62,955 nucleotides of DNA, filler included, from Octopus bimaculoides (GCF_001194135.2; 5 parts of 5 records of this genome joined end to end with filler, not necessarily neighbours in it); one strand, 5' to 3'. Positions 1 through 12,870 are shown, numbered from the whole stretch's first letter. Notes: generated by a model from the letters alone, not told the origin. Program-made: numbers and translations.

Positions 1-105
1 ACGTGTGTGTGGGTATGTGTTTGCGTGCGTGTGCGTATGTGTGTTTGAATGTGTTAATATGTGTGCATGTGTGTGTGTGTATGTATGTGTGTGTGTGTGT
101 GTGTA
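1..105. repeat. (GT)n-rich compound microsatellite
   Basis: Direct reading; explains the poly-VC ORFs at 3-282. Confidence 0.95.
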
Positions 106-984
106 CCAAAGCTGTATCTCTATGTCGACGGGCGAGAGAGACACGATTACCAGAAATCTGTGATTTTTCAGGGACATTTTGCTGAAACAAATGTGGTGAT
201 GTGTAGACCAGAGATGGTAGCAAACTTCAATGTCTGTCACGGCAGCCTCCTGCAGCTTTCGGCGAAGAACGCGATTTTCTGAAATAGAAAATGAGCGAAA
301 CAATACCAGCAGCTGAAATGCGGTTTATAGTAAGGTGGGTGTACGTGGCGGAAATCGCCTGGTTCGGATGGTCTACCCTATGAGCACGTATGTCAAACAC
401 TACTCGCCAGCTTGTTGGCAGATGTTCACCGCTGTTGGTAGCAGCAGGTGTGTATTCCTGGGAGTCAAGTAGTAACGCTATTGAAGGTAGAATTGATCAG
501 GGAATACATTGTTTATACTTTACGCTCTATGATGATAACTAAAAACAGAACTTAAGATCATTAGCACATATTTTGGAGCTGGTCGTCGGTAGTGTGATCA
601 TGAAAGCACAAACATGCACAATACTGAAAATATTTATCCACGACGATATATCATAGAGAGATGGTGGGTGTCTAAAGTGGTTTCAGTTGAGTTCTCATTA
701 AATTGGTTCTATCGAAAACTTTCGTTTAAGTTTCAGCTTCGTTTCTAAGTACTGGATCACCTTAACTTAAAGCTGCATCTGCTTGATAATCAAACCAGTC
801 GGCTACTTCCCTGAATCATATTTATAATCTGCTCACTTTGTCAAGGCCTTTTCTCAACTTTTCTGTATGTACTGACTCTATAGTCAGTACATACAGAATC
901 TGGAGTTTGTTAGATTATCCAGTTCTAGCAGTAATGTTGGAATATCGTACAGGCACGTGTATATAGCACCTCAATAATAGTCAT

Positions 985-1860
985 GTACTACGGAAGTCGA
1001 ATTGATCAACACCGTTTTAAAGGAAAACAAAGTAGTTACAAGAGCAAATATTAACCTGGACGAGTCGGTGGTATTACAGCTCTGCACATAAAAAGGCAAG
1101 TTCATGTCATTGGAAAGAGCCATGAGTTGGTGAACTGATGGACCAAGTTTCTTGAGATTTGGTTTGTCCCGAAAATACATATATAGACAGGAACTGGATC
1201 AAGACAACGAGCAAAGCAGCTAGTTTCACCCAGAAATAGGCTGAGCTAAGGCTGTCCCTGAAAGAACGAGCAGATATAGCGAACCCGTAGCCAGCTTCTG
1301 TAATGTACTACCTCCTGACCTTATTGCTTTCCCTGTTTCTTGCCTGATCAAAATGAAGCATCTACCCTTTCGCTTCTTGTAAAAGGTACGCCACCCACCG
1401 AACAGACGAACCATCAGCTGCCAACATTTTCTAGTCTGCACGGTTTGCTCGGTCTGCCGAGGTAAATGATGTGCAAGCATGAAATGAAACTTCAGTATCT
1501 ACAAAGCATTTTACGTGGTGCGAATGGGGTGTTCCTTTGTCAAGTACGTTTTCCCACTGCTCGTCATCTTGAAAGAACCGCAATCTAGATACTTGGTTGG
1601 GAGGCTCGTATGTGAAGTTTTACCACAATATGCATGGCGGAACTTCCATGTTGACATTATGCTGTGATAAGAATGAATGACACTGAGTTCTGATACGCAT
1701 CAGCTGTCTGATCTGTCCTGGAGAACTTTTTGTCCAGGTACTGTAGATAACATCCATAAATATCAGCCTGGCAGGACATTCAAACACGTTGCCGGATCGA
1801 AATATACTCTAGATACACGAAAGTTCAGTCTATTGAGCCTCCCCAAGATGCGCGAAGAGC
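985..1860 (+). mobile_element. Possible highly degraded RTE-like LINE reverse-transcriptase remnant
   Basis: Higher GC than flanks. Manual translation with stops and frameshifts gives KGKFMSLERAMSW*TDGPSFLRFGLSRKYI (cf. FxDLxKAFDxVxRxGLWxxLxKFGCPxKFI) and ARHLERTAI*ILGW...RMNDT (cf. RTE C-terminal half). Weak similarity judged by eye. Confidence 0.3.
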
Positions 1861-1968
1861 GATAATCATCTAGCAATTAGTTCACTTCATCGCCAAATTT
1901 TTGGCTGGGAAAAGCAGGTAGATTCCCAGTGTCTTATTTTTGAGTTTTACATGCCACGTAAGACAGAA

Positions 1969-1993
1969 AGGGAGAGAGAGAGGGAGAGAGAGA

Positions 1994-2029
<36 letters not shown>

Positions 2030-2367
2030 CACACAGAGAGAGTGACAGAGAGAGAGAGAGAGTGTGTGTGTGTGACAGAGAGAGTGACAGAGAGAGAGAG
2101 AGAGAGAGAGTGACAGAGAGAGAGTGACAGAGAGAGAGTGTGTGACAGAGAGAGAGGGAGTGTGTGACAGAGAGAGAGAGTGACAGAGAGAGAGAGTGTG
2201 ACAGAGAGAGAGTGTGACAGAGAGAGAGTGTGACAGAGAGAGAGTGTGTGACAGACAGAGAGAGTGTGACATACAGAGAGAGAGAGAGAGAGTGAGAGAG
2301 AGAGTGACACAGAGAGAGAGAGTGACAGAGAGAAAGAGACAGACAGAGAGAGAGAGAGAGAGAGAGA
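1969..2367. repeat. (AG)n microsatellite with interspersed AGTG(TG)AC variants
   Basis: Direct reading; source of the poly-SL/SHSL ORFs. Confidence 0.95.
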
Positions 2368-2460
2368 AAGCGAAGTTCTGTCTATAGTAAAGCTTGGAGA
2401 AAGGCGTGAACATAGTCCTCGTAAATGGTCATACTCCCATCGTGCGCTTTCAGACAACTG

Positions 2461-2628
2461 AGACGGAATGCTTCACAGCGCTTCGTCAGTATTTACATCC
2501 TGAGTTTAAATTCTGCTCAGGTTGACTTTGATTTCATCCTTTCGGGATAAATATCAGTTGAACACTGGGGTCAATCTAATCGACTTGCCGCAACCCCGAA
2601 ATTGCTGGCCTGGTTTACAAAATTTTAA
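2461..2628 (+). mobile_element. SINE family B (octopus OR/OK-type), 5'-truncated diverged copy
   Basis: ctgagtttaaattc..gttgactttg..catcctttcggg..ctggggtcaatctaatcgactt matches the copies at 5926, 61422 and 61947. Confidence 0.7.
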
Positions 2629-2630
2629 GT

Positions 2631-3105
<475 letters not shown>

Positions 3106-3550
3106 GTAGTAGTAGTAGTAGTTGTTGTTGTTGTTGTTGCTGTGGTGGCAGCAGCGGCAGCTGCAGAAATAGTAGATTAGGAGTGAGCTGTTCATGACAT
3201 TATTGCAAGCTCCCAATCGATTTGGATACGACATGACATGTACACACAAACACGCACACACAAACACACACGCAAATACACACACACAAATACACACACA
3301 CACAGAGAAATACATAGAACATGATGTATACTTATATATATANNNNNNNNNNNNNNNNNNNNNNNNNNNNNNNNNNNNNNNNNNNNNNNNNNNNNNNNNN
3401 NNNNNNNNNNNNNNNNNNNNNNNNNNNNNNNNNNNNNNNNNNNNNNNNNNNNNNNNNNNNNNNNNNNNNNNNNNNNNNATATATATGTATACAGACATAC
3501 ACACACACTCACGTTTACATGCTATCACAAACACGCACGCTCACGTGACA

Positions 3551-3585
<35 letters not shown>

Positions 3586-4290
3586 AAAATCAGAGCAGAA
3601 ATTAATTGTCTCGGAGCAACAACTTCTAAGCAGTACAACTGGACCTGACATTAATGGATTCCTGAGTGGTTTGCGTTCATCCTTCTTAGTTGCTTTATGT
3701 GATCTATCAAATATGTTATCCTGCCAAACTGTTCCAGACAAGATCACAACGTGGTGAGAGGAATAAATAATGGTTTGCTGCCAGCAATATTATAATCTTC
3801 TGTCATTACCCTTTACCTTCTGTCTTGTTTCGTCTCCAATTTCTTTATGCGTCGTCTTAACTAATGATTAATGAACCAGATTCTACTATCGCGATGTGTT
3901 AGGGGTCGGCTAATATCAGACTGCGGTGGTTTTTAACACTGTGATTCTGTCTAAGCCTCTACCAGAGGTGCAGTCACCATTTAAATTCTCTCAAATTTCT
4001 TTCATTAACACTTTTAAAGGTTTTTAATCTTTTCCTCTATTCCCTTACATCTAGAATCATTGATATTTCTTTTCTTCACTTAATGTCCAAGAGATTTAAA
4101 CCTCACCCTTTTCCTTCATTTCTTTATCGTCTACTTTTATTCCAGTTTATTTCTCGTCTTCTCGTTATTCTCCGTCTCTTTACGTCAAATTATTTATTTT
4201 TTTACATTTCCTGTCTTTCCGTTCTGTCTTTTCTTCAATCCCTCTTTTCTCTCACATTATCCTTGTATTTATTTTCTCCATTCTCTCCCC

Positions 4291-4398
<108 letters not shown>

Positions 4399-4630
4399 CA
4401 CACACTCATACATCCTTTCCCTCTACACTTCATTCTTTATTCCCCCTTATGTCGCTTCAACATTTTCATTTCCATTCGCTCTTTTTTTCTCACATCACCT
4501 GCTTTATCCGTTTCTGCCCTTTCCCCTCTACCTCTTCTCTCTTTCTCACTCTTTCTCAATTTAAAACTTATGGAAACCTATTTAGAGCTCAATGTACGCA
4601 GCCATTTTAAAGAAACGTGCCATGTTCATG

Positions 4631-4678
4631 GACCCAATGAAGTGGTAGTGAGAGGAAACAACTACCGAAACGTCGGTT
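4631..4678 (+). ncRNA. Degenerate minimal hammerhead ribozyme motif (Penelope-type)
   Basis: gACC-[CAATGA, decayed core]-agt-GGTAG..CTACC-GAAAC-GTC-GGTt. The 3' half and stems I and II are intact; the CUGANGA core is broken. Confidence 0.45.
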
Positions 4679-5204
4679 TATGGTAATTATTTCTGTCATT
4701 CATAGTAGAGAATATATTGCCATATTCCAGTCGATATGTGGCGCCTGCTACTTTGTATAAAGTTATTTTTCAGAAAATTTTAAAAATCAGATATTTTTAT
4801 GGAGAAAGTATTGTCGAGGGTCACCGAAATTATTTAATGTAAGAACTATGTACGATGTTTGAGAACGGGAAGACATAAACTAAATTTACATATTTTAAAT
4901 ATAAAATGCACATTGTGTCTCAAACCATTTTATGTAAACATTGAAAAAATACTTGTGCAATGATATTTATTCATCTATATTTTTTTCAACGCTATTATAC
5001 CCAACATCTTTTTCTTTCACAGAAGGAGCATGACTACTTGTGTATACAGTGTTGTGCACTAAGTGTTGTGTATATATAGTGACGTGTCAAGAGTTAAACG
5101 GAAGGTAATTTAAATAATCTTTCGTTTTACATGCAACATCAACACTGATCTGAGAGATATACCTCACTGCTGAGTAGCACGGAATTGATGAAGTTTTGTG
5201 CCTT

Positions 5205-5515
5205 TAGTCAATTATATGCGTGCGTAGACTACTCGTGGTTTGTAGTTCAAATTTTAGCTCGCCAAGTGAATGCACTCCCACTTAATTATACTTAATTATA
5301 GTCAATTATATGCGTGCGTAGTCTATTCGTAGTTTGTTCTCCAAATTTCAGCTCCCTAAACTAATGAGCTTCCAATCAGTTATGCATGTGCATAGTTCAC
5401 TGATAGTTTGTTTTCCGAATCTTAGCCCACTAAGCGAATGGACTTTCAGTTACCTATACACGTGTGTGAACTGCTCGCAGTTCGTTGATCAAATTTCAGC
5501 TCGTTATGCGAGTTT
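5205..5515. repeat. Diverged minisatellite, 4 units of about 70-95 bp
   Basis: Units start near 5205, 5299, 5377 and 5447 and share tagtcaattatatgcgtgcgtag..tcgtagtttgt..caaatttcagctc. Confidence 0.75.
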
Positions 5516-5875
5516 AATTTTCTACAGAAAAGCGTTCATTATTAAAATCATTCGTTTAGAGAACCGTTCGGGTTATACAATTACCACTACTGATTCGTTT
5601 AATGAAGGAAGAAGAGAGTTCGGGGTGAAAGAAACAGAACCTGTCCCAGAGCCAAACAGATATTTTTGTATGCATTGCTTTTGATGTGTTTTTTTTCTCG
5701 GTCGCTTAAGTACTTTCTATATTCTTTGTATAAATAATGTCTCTGCACTTAATAATCCTAACTAGTTATTGACTATTTATGGAACACTATGGTATAATAG
5801 TTCAGAATAGATCGATCGAAATATATTGCGTTGGACGCATGCATACATTTGTAAAACCTACACATACGCGCACGT

Positions 5876-5916
<41 letters not shown>

Positions 5917-5925
5917 CACACATAT

Positions 5926-6142
5926 AAGTTTCAAAGTTTGGCACAAGGCCAGCAATTTCGATGGAAGGGATAAGTTGATTACATCAACTCCAGTGCTCAG
6001 CTGGTACTTATTTTATCAACCCCAGAAAAGTAAAAGGCAACGTCGACCTCGACGGAATTTGAACTGAGAACGTGAAGACGGACGAAATGCCGCTAAGCAT
6101 ATTGCACCGGGCGTGCTAATGATTCTCTCAGCTCGCCGGCCT
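5926..6142 (-). mobile_element. SINE family B, near full length
   Basis: The reverse complement reads ggcgagctgagagaatcattagcacgcccgg..cttagcggcatttcgtcc..gttctcagttcaaattccgtcgaggtcgacg..aagtaccag..ctggagttgatgtaatcaac. Confidence 0.85.
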
Positions 6143-6194
6143 CTACATGTACAAACATATATTGAGAGAGAGACAGAGGGAGTAACAGACACAT

Positions 6195-6245
<51 letters not shown>

Positions 6246-6764
6246 TGGCATATATGTCTATATATATATAAGTGTGTATGTACTTAGGAATATATTACAT
6301 GTTAGTGCTTACAAAAATATGACGTTAATATATGTGTGTTTGTCTGAGTGTTTGTTTGTCCATATATATTTCTGTTTCCTTTTATGCATGTGTGTATTTC
6401 TTTGCCGTGCTGTTTATCTCTTTTCATATATTAATTGATAAACATCAAACACGTTTTGTTTTTAGAGAATGAATGGACGATATCCAGAGGCGTATTGTGT
6501 GGTAGTTTCTTATTTACAAACGAGCGTGTTCATCCAATGATGTATTATTAACATGGAATGCAAGAAAATATTTATCACATTCCTGAAAATTATGGCCACT
6601 GATTCACTAGATGTGATAGATGAGTCTAATTAAAAACGTCATACGTTTTGCTTCATTCTAGGTACTGTGGTTTTATTTAAAGTGACTGCACCGAGACCGA
6701 GGTGGTATCGTATGATAGATCGACCAATGGCGTTTTGAATAAAAAACCCATCACTAATCTTTGT

Positions 6765-6805
<41 letters not shown>

Positions 6806-6870
6806 TACATACATATATATATATATATGCATGTATATAAATAGACAGACACACACACAGAAATACAGAT

Positions 6871-6917
<47 letters not shown>

Positions 6918-7129
6918 TACATACATATATATATATATATGCATGTATATGAATAGACAGACACACACACAGATATACAGGTACATATAAACATACATAT
7001 ATGTGTGTGTGTGTGTGATTGTATGCATATGTATATGTGTACGTGTACATGGATATATGCAAATATATGTATGTGTCTATATATCTTCCTCTCTATCTTT
7101 ATCTCTTTTTCCTTGTATTTGTGTGTGTG

Positions 7130-7162
<33 letters not shown>

Positions 7163-7530
7163 ATGAATGTACGTGTATGTATGAATGTACGTGTATGTGT
7201 GTATGTATGTATTGCATGAGAAGATGAGACACAAACAAAGACATGTAAAGAACAGCGTAAATCAAGTCATCCGAAACATGCATAATGCAGATAAATCAAC
7301 GGTTATTTATTTGAAAGCATTGGTTGCGTAGATTGCAGATGTGAAATATTTTATTTTCTCTTAAGCAAATGCGCGCGCGAGCATTTATACATTTATCCAT
7401 AGATATATTATTTTCCAACATATACTCCAATAAATCCTATGTACACTGGCTTCAACTATTATTATACTCGATGCACATGTTGAAGCCTCTGTGTTCTATG
7501 GCCTACAAGTATATATATATATATATATAT

Positions 7531-7596
7531 ATGGGAGAATATACAAATAATAACAACAGACGAGGACAGGTGGTGTAAATAACAAAAGTATATATT

Positions 7597-7600
<4 letters not shown>
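7531..7600 (-). mobile_element. 3' terminal fragment of a Penelope-like terminal repeat, inserted in (TA)n
   Basis: 70 bp identical to 21194-21263 and homologous to 15025-15090. Confidence 0.75.
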
Positions 7601-7629
<29 letters not shown>

Positions 7630-7724
7630 GCATGTATGTATGTATATACATATATATATGCAGATAGATATATATGTATATAATATGCATGCATATGTAT
7701 ATATATATTATATGCATATACATT

Positions 7725-7935
7725 TCAATATGTAACCACATGTGAATCGTTGGCGATTTTTTTCTTCCGTCTTCCTTTCATCTTGGACTTTCCTCTGTCT
7801 CCTGTTTCTGAAGAAGAGCTTTGTTCGAAACATAAAACCACCTTTCTTTCCTTCCCTGAGCGTCTGCTAATACTTTGCATGTACGACGTGCTCGCGTTGT
7901 TGTTGTTTTTTTCGTTGTGTTTGTTCTTCGTTTTT
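7725..7935 (+). mobile_element. Penelope-like pseudo-LTR fragment carrying a hammerhead
   Basis: Homologous to 14885-15095 (..gaaac..aaa..ttccc(t)gagcgtc..taatac); contains the motif at 7804-7838. Confidence 0.65.
7804..7838 (+). ncRNA. Minimal type I hammerhead ribozyme, canonical core, one stem III change
   Basis: GTTT-CTGAAGA-A-GAGC ttt GTTC-GAAAC-ATA-AAAC. Stem I is GTTT/AAAC and stem II is GAGC/GTTC; the palindromic ACGT has changed to ACAT (CpG-type transition). Confidence 0.65.
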
Positions 7936-7972
7936 TTTTTNNNNNNNNNNGGGGGGGGGGTTACTATATATA

Positions 7973-8007
<35 letters not shown>

Positions 8008-8013
<6 letters not shown>

Positions 8014-8057
8014 TCTTTTATTCTTTTACTTGTTTCAGTCATGTGACTGCGGCCATA
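8008..8057 (-). mobile_element. SINE family A 3' tail
   Basis: ttcttttacttgtttcagtcatgtgactgcggccat is the reverse complement of the family A 3' end. Confidence 0.75.
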
Positions 8058-8660
8058 GCGGAACATTTCCCTTATCTTGGTAGCCTCCTGTTTCCCTATG
8101 TACATCATCGATGGATGGAGAAAATAGGATCCAAGCAGCAGACTCTCCAGTAGAGTTTTAGGAAGCAGTATCCTTACCATGCAAAGAAAAATGATGGTTG
8201 TGTCTACTCTGTTATATGTGTGAGAGACATGGACTCTATACCCCCATGGCCTGAAAAAAACTTGAACATTTCCATGAAAAGAAACTCCGGTCTATATCGT
8301 ATATCAAATGGGAAGATTACTTTACCCACGTTTACAAAGGAGAACTGGACAAATTAACATGGATGCTACAATCACTAAGCACCGCTACAAAGACCAATTG
8401 AAGGAAACTCTGAAGAGTACTAGTATCGAACAAAATTCCTTGGAAATGACAACCAGCCTACGCACAGTTTGGCGTAATTTGACCAAGGCAAGATTATCCC
8501 ATTTTGAAGAAAACAGATGAACGGATATTAGAATGAAACGAGAACGTACGAAGGACAGAGCATTCCAACCACAACCAGCACCTACAATCCACTGCGATTC
8601 TCGCGAAAGGCTGTTCAGAGAAAGACTTAGGTTTATTAGCCATCAGAAAGCTCAGATTCC
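8058..8660 (+). mobile_element. RTE-clade LINE 3' remnant (pseudogenised, internally deleted)
   Basis: Manual translation: EHFPYLGSLL; VSTLLYV*ETWTLY; LEHFHEKKLRSISYIKWED; RYKDQLKETLK..WRNLTKARLSHFEENR; C-terminal TIHCDSRERLFRERLRFISHQKA (degenerate CxxC..ISH.RxH). All are RTE hallmarks. Confidence 0.8.
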
Positions 8661-8894
8661 CCTACAGTACAAATTCCTCCCCCACCCTACGTCCGGACTA
8701 GATTGCACTAAATACTCGGAAACGACCCCTTGCTGGAGATAATATATGTATATATNNNNNNNNNNNNNNNNNNNNNNNNNNNNNNNNNNNNNNNNNNNNN
8801 NNNNNNNNNNNNNNNNNNNNNNNNNNNNNNNNNNNNNNNNNNNNNNNNNNNNNNNNNNNNNNNNNNNNNNNNNNNNNNNNNNNNNNNNNNNTAT

Positions 8895-9080
8895 ATATAT
8901 ATAGATAAATATATACATAAAATACATCAAGTTCAGGACATCACCAACGAGTGAAAAATGCGTAAACACATAATGAAGACAAGTACGGGACAAAATACCA
9001 AAAGAAGTCTAACCCCTCCTCAGTTGTCGACCGTTAATTATTCCCTATTTTGAGCTCTCATCGACAAGATGAGAAACCTT
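8895..9080 (-). mobile_element. Penelope-like terminal repeat fragment, second family
   Basis: Homologous to 53770-53925 (shared ..cttc(a/t)cagttgtcg(g/a)c..); abuts (TA)n. Confidence 0.45.
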
Positions 9081-9612
9081 CATAAAACAGCAGCATCCAG
9101 AAATTTTTTAAATATAAAATTTGGGGAGATTTAGAGCTTCGAACGAACAAACAACGACAGACTGGACAATCGATGGAGACAAACATTAAGGGCCGTCAGG
9201 CCATGACGTATTGTAATTGGTAACGCCTGGGAGAAATTTTGAAGGGATAGAGAATAAATAGAAGAGAATAAAAGAGGAAAAAATGTCGGGTGGCGAGTAA
9301 AACGACGTCCAGCTAGTAGACGACGCTCCCAGAGAAGATGGAGGTAAGAGAAATGGCCTGTAGTCACGTGGGAGCGAACAGGTAGAAGAGAAGGGGAACA
9401 AGAGAGAGGATGAGGGAAAGAACCAAAGGGAGTGAGGAGAAGGGAGGAGGAACGAAAGATAGTAGGGAGTGGAAGAAAGATAGACAGACGACAGCAAAGA
9501 AGGAGGAGGAGAGGCGGAAAATAAAGATGATTATAGAGGGATAGAGGGAGAGGATGAAAGAAAGGGAACAGAGAGTAGAGTCACAGAAATTATAAAAAAG
9601 TATATATATATA

Positions 9613-9781
9613 TGCAAGCGTGACAATGTGGTGAGAAGGATCCATCCCAGCCACATGATTCAAGTTCAAGTTCAAGTTCAAGTTCACTGCGTGGCATTTT
9701 GGGGAAATGCCTTCTGCTATAACCTCGGACCAACCAAACCCTTGTGAGTGGATTTGATAAACGGAAACTGAAAGAAGTCCG

Positions 9782-9785
<4 letters not shown>
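9613..9785 (+). mobile_element. SINE family A 5' half with (TTCAAG)n expansion in the B box
   Basis: ccacatgattcaagttcaagttcaagttcaagttcactgcgtggca..gtgagtggatttg..ggaaactgaaagaag followed by (GT)n. Confidence 0.8.
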
Positions 9786-9845
<60 letters not shown>

Positions 9846-9945
9846 NNNNNNNNNNNNNNNNNNNNNNNNNNNNNNNNNNNNNNNNNNNNTTAATTAATTA
9901 ANNNNNNNNNNNNNNNNNNNNNNNNNNNNNNNNNNNNNNNNNNNN
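9846..9945. other. Artificial scaffold linker N44-TTAATTAATTAA-N44
   Basis: Exactly 100 bp; identical structure at 36795, 52561 and 59286; the 12-mer has stop codons in all six frames. Confidence 0.95.
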
Positions 9946-10053
9946 TATGATGATAAATGGTTTTACCGATAAAGGTTTTTTCATACTGAACTACTTGGCA
10001 AAATTGTTAATTATTAATTCTATTATTAATTGACGATTCCCTGCCCTTATTCT

Positions 10054-10060
<7 letters not shown>
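9946..10060 (+). mobile_element. AT-rich terminal repeat fragment, probably Penelope-like; homologous to 12985-13204
   Basis: tttcatac..ttggcaaaattgttaattattaatt..ttaattga..cc..ccctt..ttgta matches the reverse complement of 12990-13080; ends in (TA)n. Confidence 0.5.
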
Positions 10061-10126
<66 letters not shown>

Positions 10127-12129
10127 AAAAATTGGTATCAACAAGAAGGAGTATGGTTGAGCATTTATTTTTTAATCACTGCGATATTGTTTCCTCGCAA
10201 CGTAGTTCTCCGGACGTGCAGGCACTTAATTATACAACTGTCTCCCTGCATTATGAGATCTAATTGTGTTTCCTCAAGCGATATGTAAATATTGTCTCCG
10301 TAGGTTCAAGATCCTCGGCTACACCAACAGCTACGCTGTCAGTCGTGGCCTCAAATAAAGTCCCACTTGAGCTTATCAGAATGTGATGCTACAAATGGGC
10401 CGTTGCACAACTGCTTTGAGTGTGTAGAAATAGTAGTATGGTGATTCTGTTATTGCTAAAGTGGCGACTATTTAAAAGGGATGAGCATTTGACGTGTTTG
10501 TACTGTTGATTTGTTTTTCATGTTTGGTTACACATGCGATTTTCTTAAAATCTGACCTTTGAAATTTGGCTTGTACTTGCAGATACGTGTTGCTTCACAT
10601 ATTCTTCTCTATACGTAATAACGCTCGGACCCATAGACACACATGCACATTTAGTACTCTGTACTACATACATCCATGCATACTTACATATATTTATATA
10701 TTTCTTGTATGTGTATGCCTTGTGTAAAAAGACAAAATCTTTAGAAAAATATTTTCGGTCGGAAAGAAAGTATGGAAATCGCTAATTTTAAGAGCTTAGT
10801 CTTCGCTAGCAAGAAAACATTGAAACAGAGATAAGAGGAGCAAGTGAGAGAGGGACAAAAAGTAAGATAGAAGGAAATGGATAACGAGTGACTGACCGAA
10901 ATATAAAAGGGAAAATTAATGAATAGATCGGCTGCAGGATAATAAATGAATATATGAAGAAAAGAGAGGGAGAAAAAGAAAGAACTTCATAAGAAGTGAC
11001 GTAAGAAATGAAGGAGAGTAGAACGAAAGACTATGCAGAAAAAGAAGAATAAAAAAAAAGAGGGAAGAAATGGAAAGAAAGCAGAAAGGAAGTCTGACCA
11101 GAAGTGGGAGCACAGACATTCAAAAGGAAGGAAATATTAGAGAAAGAAAGAAAATGTTATGTGAATGAATGTAAGAAAAGAAGAAAAGGTTTATAGAAGT
11201 AATCAAGAAATAAAGATATGCATAAACATCCTAAAACACACACACACAATTATAAATGAAACACACAGAAGAGAAATGAGTGCAAGAGACGCGAAAGAAC
11301 ACAAAAGCCGACATTAGAGAAGCATAACGAGGCTGGAAGGCAACTCTTGTTGAATGGAACAAACAAATTAATATCTCTTCAAATATGACAAGAATTTGGC
11401 CAAATATTTGTAAGCTAAAACAATACGGGAAACGTGTCGCTTTTATATATAGAAATATAGTACTGTAGAAAACAAAAACTGAAAATTAAATAAATTGATA
11501 TGAATTGAAATAAATTAAGCTGATCAGTAAAGTTTGGAACAGAGAAGACACTATACATGGATGAGTAAGAAAATAAGGTTAAATTTCCTTAAAAAATCCC
11601 GGTGATGACTGTCTTATTCAATTCTCCCGGCTTCGATAAAGTAATATATTTCAAGAAATAAGGTCAGTTTAATTAACATGATATTCTTACCTTCCCAAAC
11701 ATACAAACAAAAAAACTCTGCCTCATTCTCATGTAAGAAATAATACTTTTATCATTCGATATCTGTGTTGACACCCCACACTATTTGACGAGTCATGAAA
11801 TGACACTTTCACTGACGCCCATAATAATAATTGTTATTAATATGTTAAACTTGATACAATAAAATAAAGTACCAGTGAAGTGCAAGTGTCGAGGTAATCG
11901 ACTAATTCTCACATTATAAGTTTCCTGGCGTTATGCTAAAAATGTAAAAAAAAAAAAAAGAAAAAATATGTTTTTCCTGTAACTTTAGCCCGTAACTGAT
12001 ATCTCCTATATACTTCTTTCTAGAAATAAAAGGAAATGACTACTACTCCCTCCAAATTTTGCTTTTGAGATCTGGACATTAATGACCTATTTTGCATTAT
12101 ATTTCATACAGATTCAGCGCTTAATTCTG

Positions 12130-12320
12130 GAAGCAGAAATATCGTTATAGCAATTACTATTCTCAATACCACATGTTTGCTTGTCAGTTAATTGACCTTA
12201 ACCAGTTGAACATATCCCTTAGTGGCTCACGAAATGTGCATGTCTGTTCATGAGCAGGAATAGTAGAGGAGCGTCATAGCCATGTGTTTGGAGGGATTCT
12301 TCGGGCTTTGACTATATGTA
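12130..12320 (+). mobile_element. Internal fragment of the repeat family at 17776-18330
   Basis: ctcaataccaca..ttgcttgtcag..gaccttaaccagttg..cccttagtggct is shared with 17900-18030. Confidence 0.75.
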
Positions 12321-12782
12321 ACAAAAGAAAATTATGTGGGGTTTGAGGAGAGTCAGATTGTCTTAATGGCTTATTATCTAACACAATGGATGTTGACTCT
12401 CAACATCCATTGACAAGCTTGCAGACACAACGAAAATTTCGGAAGAAAAAATATAAAAAATAAATGAGTGGAAATCTAACCGGTGCGTTTGTTAGATAAT
12501 AAGGTATTAAGACAATATGACTCTCCACAGACGCAACCTGATTTGCTTCAACACATGAGCTCACATAAAGAATCGTGCAAACCACATACAAAGATGAAAC
12601 AAACATAGTGTTTGAAGGAAATAGCCATTTTTCCATACTTTCTAGTGGTAGGTAAATAGAAAATGACAGTTGCTATCTCCGGATAAAAGTTGTGTTACAC
12701 AGTTAATTTGAAGATACTAATTTAAGTGGGGGGGGGGCGGTCCGCATTATGAATTGTTACTATTATTAATATAGCAAGTGAT

Positions 12783-12870
12783 GCAGCGAGTTGGTAGAAT
12801 CGCTAGCAAGCCGGACAAAATGCTTAGCAGCATTACGTCCGACTTCCCATTCGGAGTTGAAATTGCACGT
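12783..12870 (+). mobile_element. SINE family B 5' head fragment
   Basis: gcagcgagttggtagaatcgctagcaagccggacaaaatgcttagc. Confidence 0.7.

Noticed and set aside
6770-7000. About 120-bp tandem duplication of CA/TA-rich sequence (also 52-bp units at 56957-57060 and 21-bp units at about 30295-30337)
   Set aside because: Higher-order slippage within microsatellite sequence; no independent information.
9020-9075. Hammerhead in the 8.9-kb repeat (also CTGATGA at 53884-53890 on the minus strand)
   Set aside because: The core or the GAAA half is missing, so it cannot be folded as a hammerhead from these copies.
9890-9901. TTAATTAATTAA as a homeodomain site or conserved element
   Set aside because: Always centred in 44+44 Ns, so it is an artificial linker.
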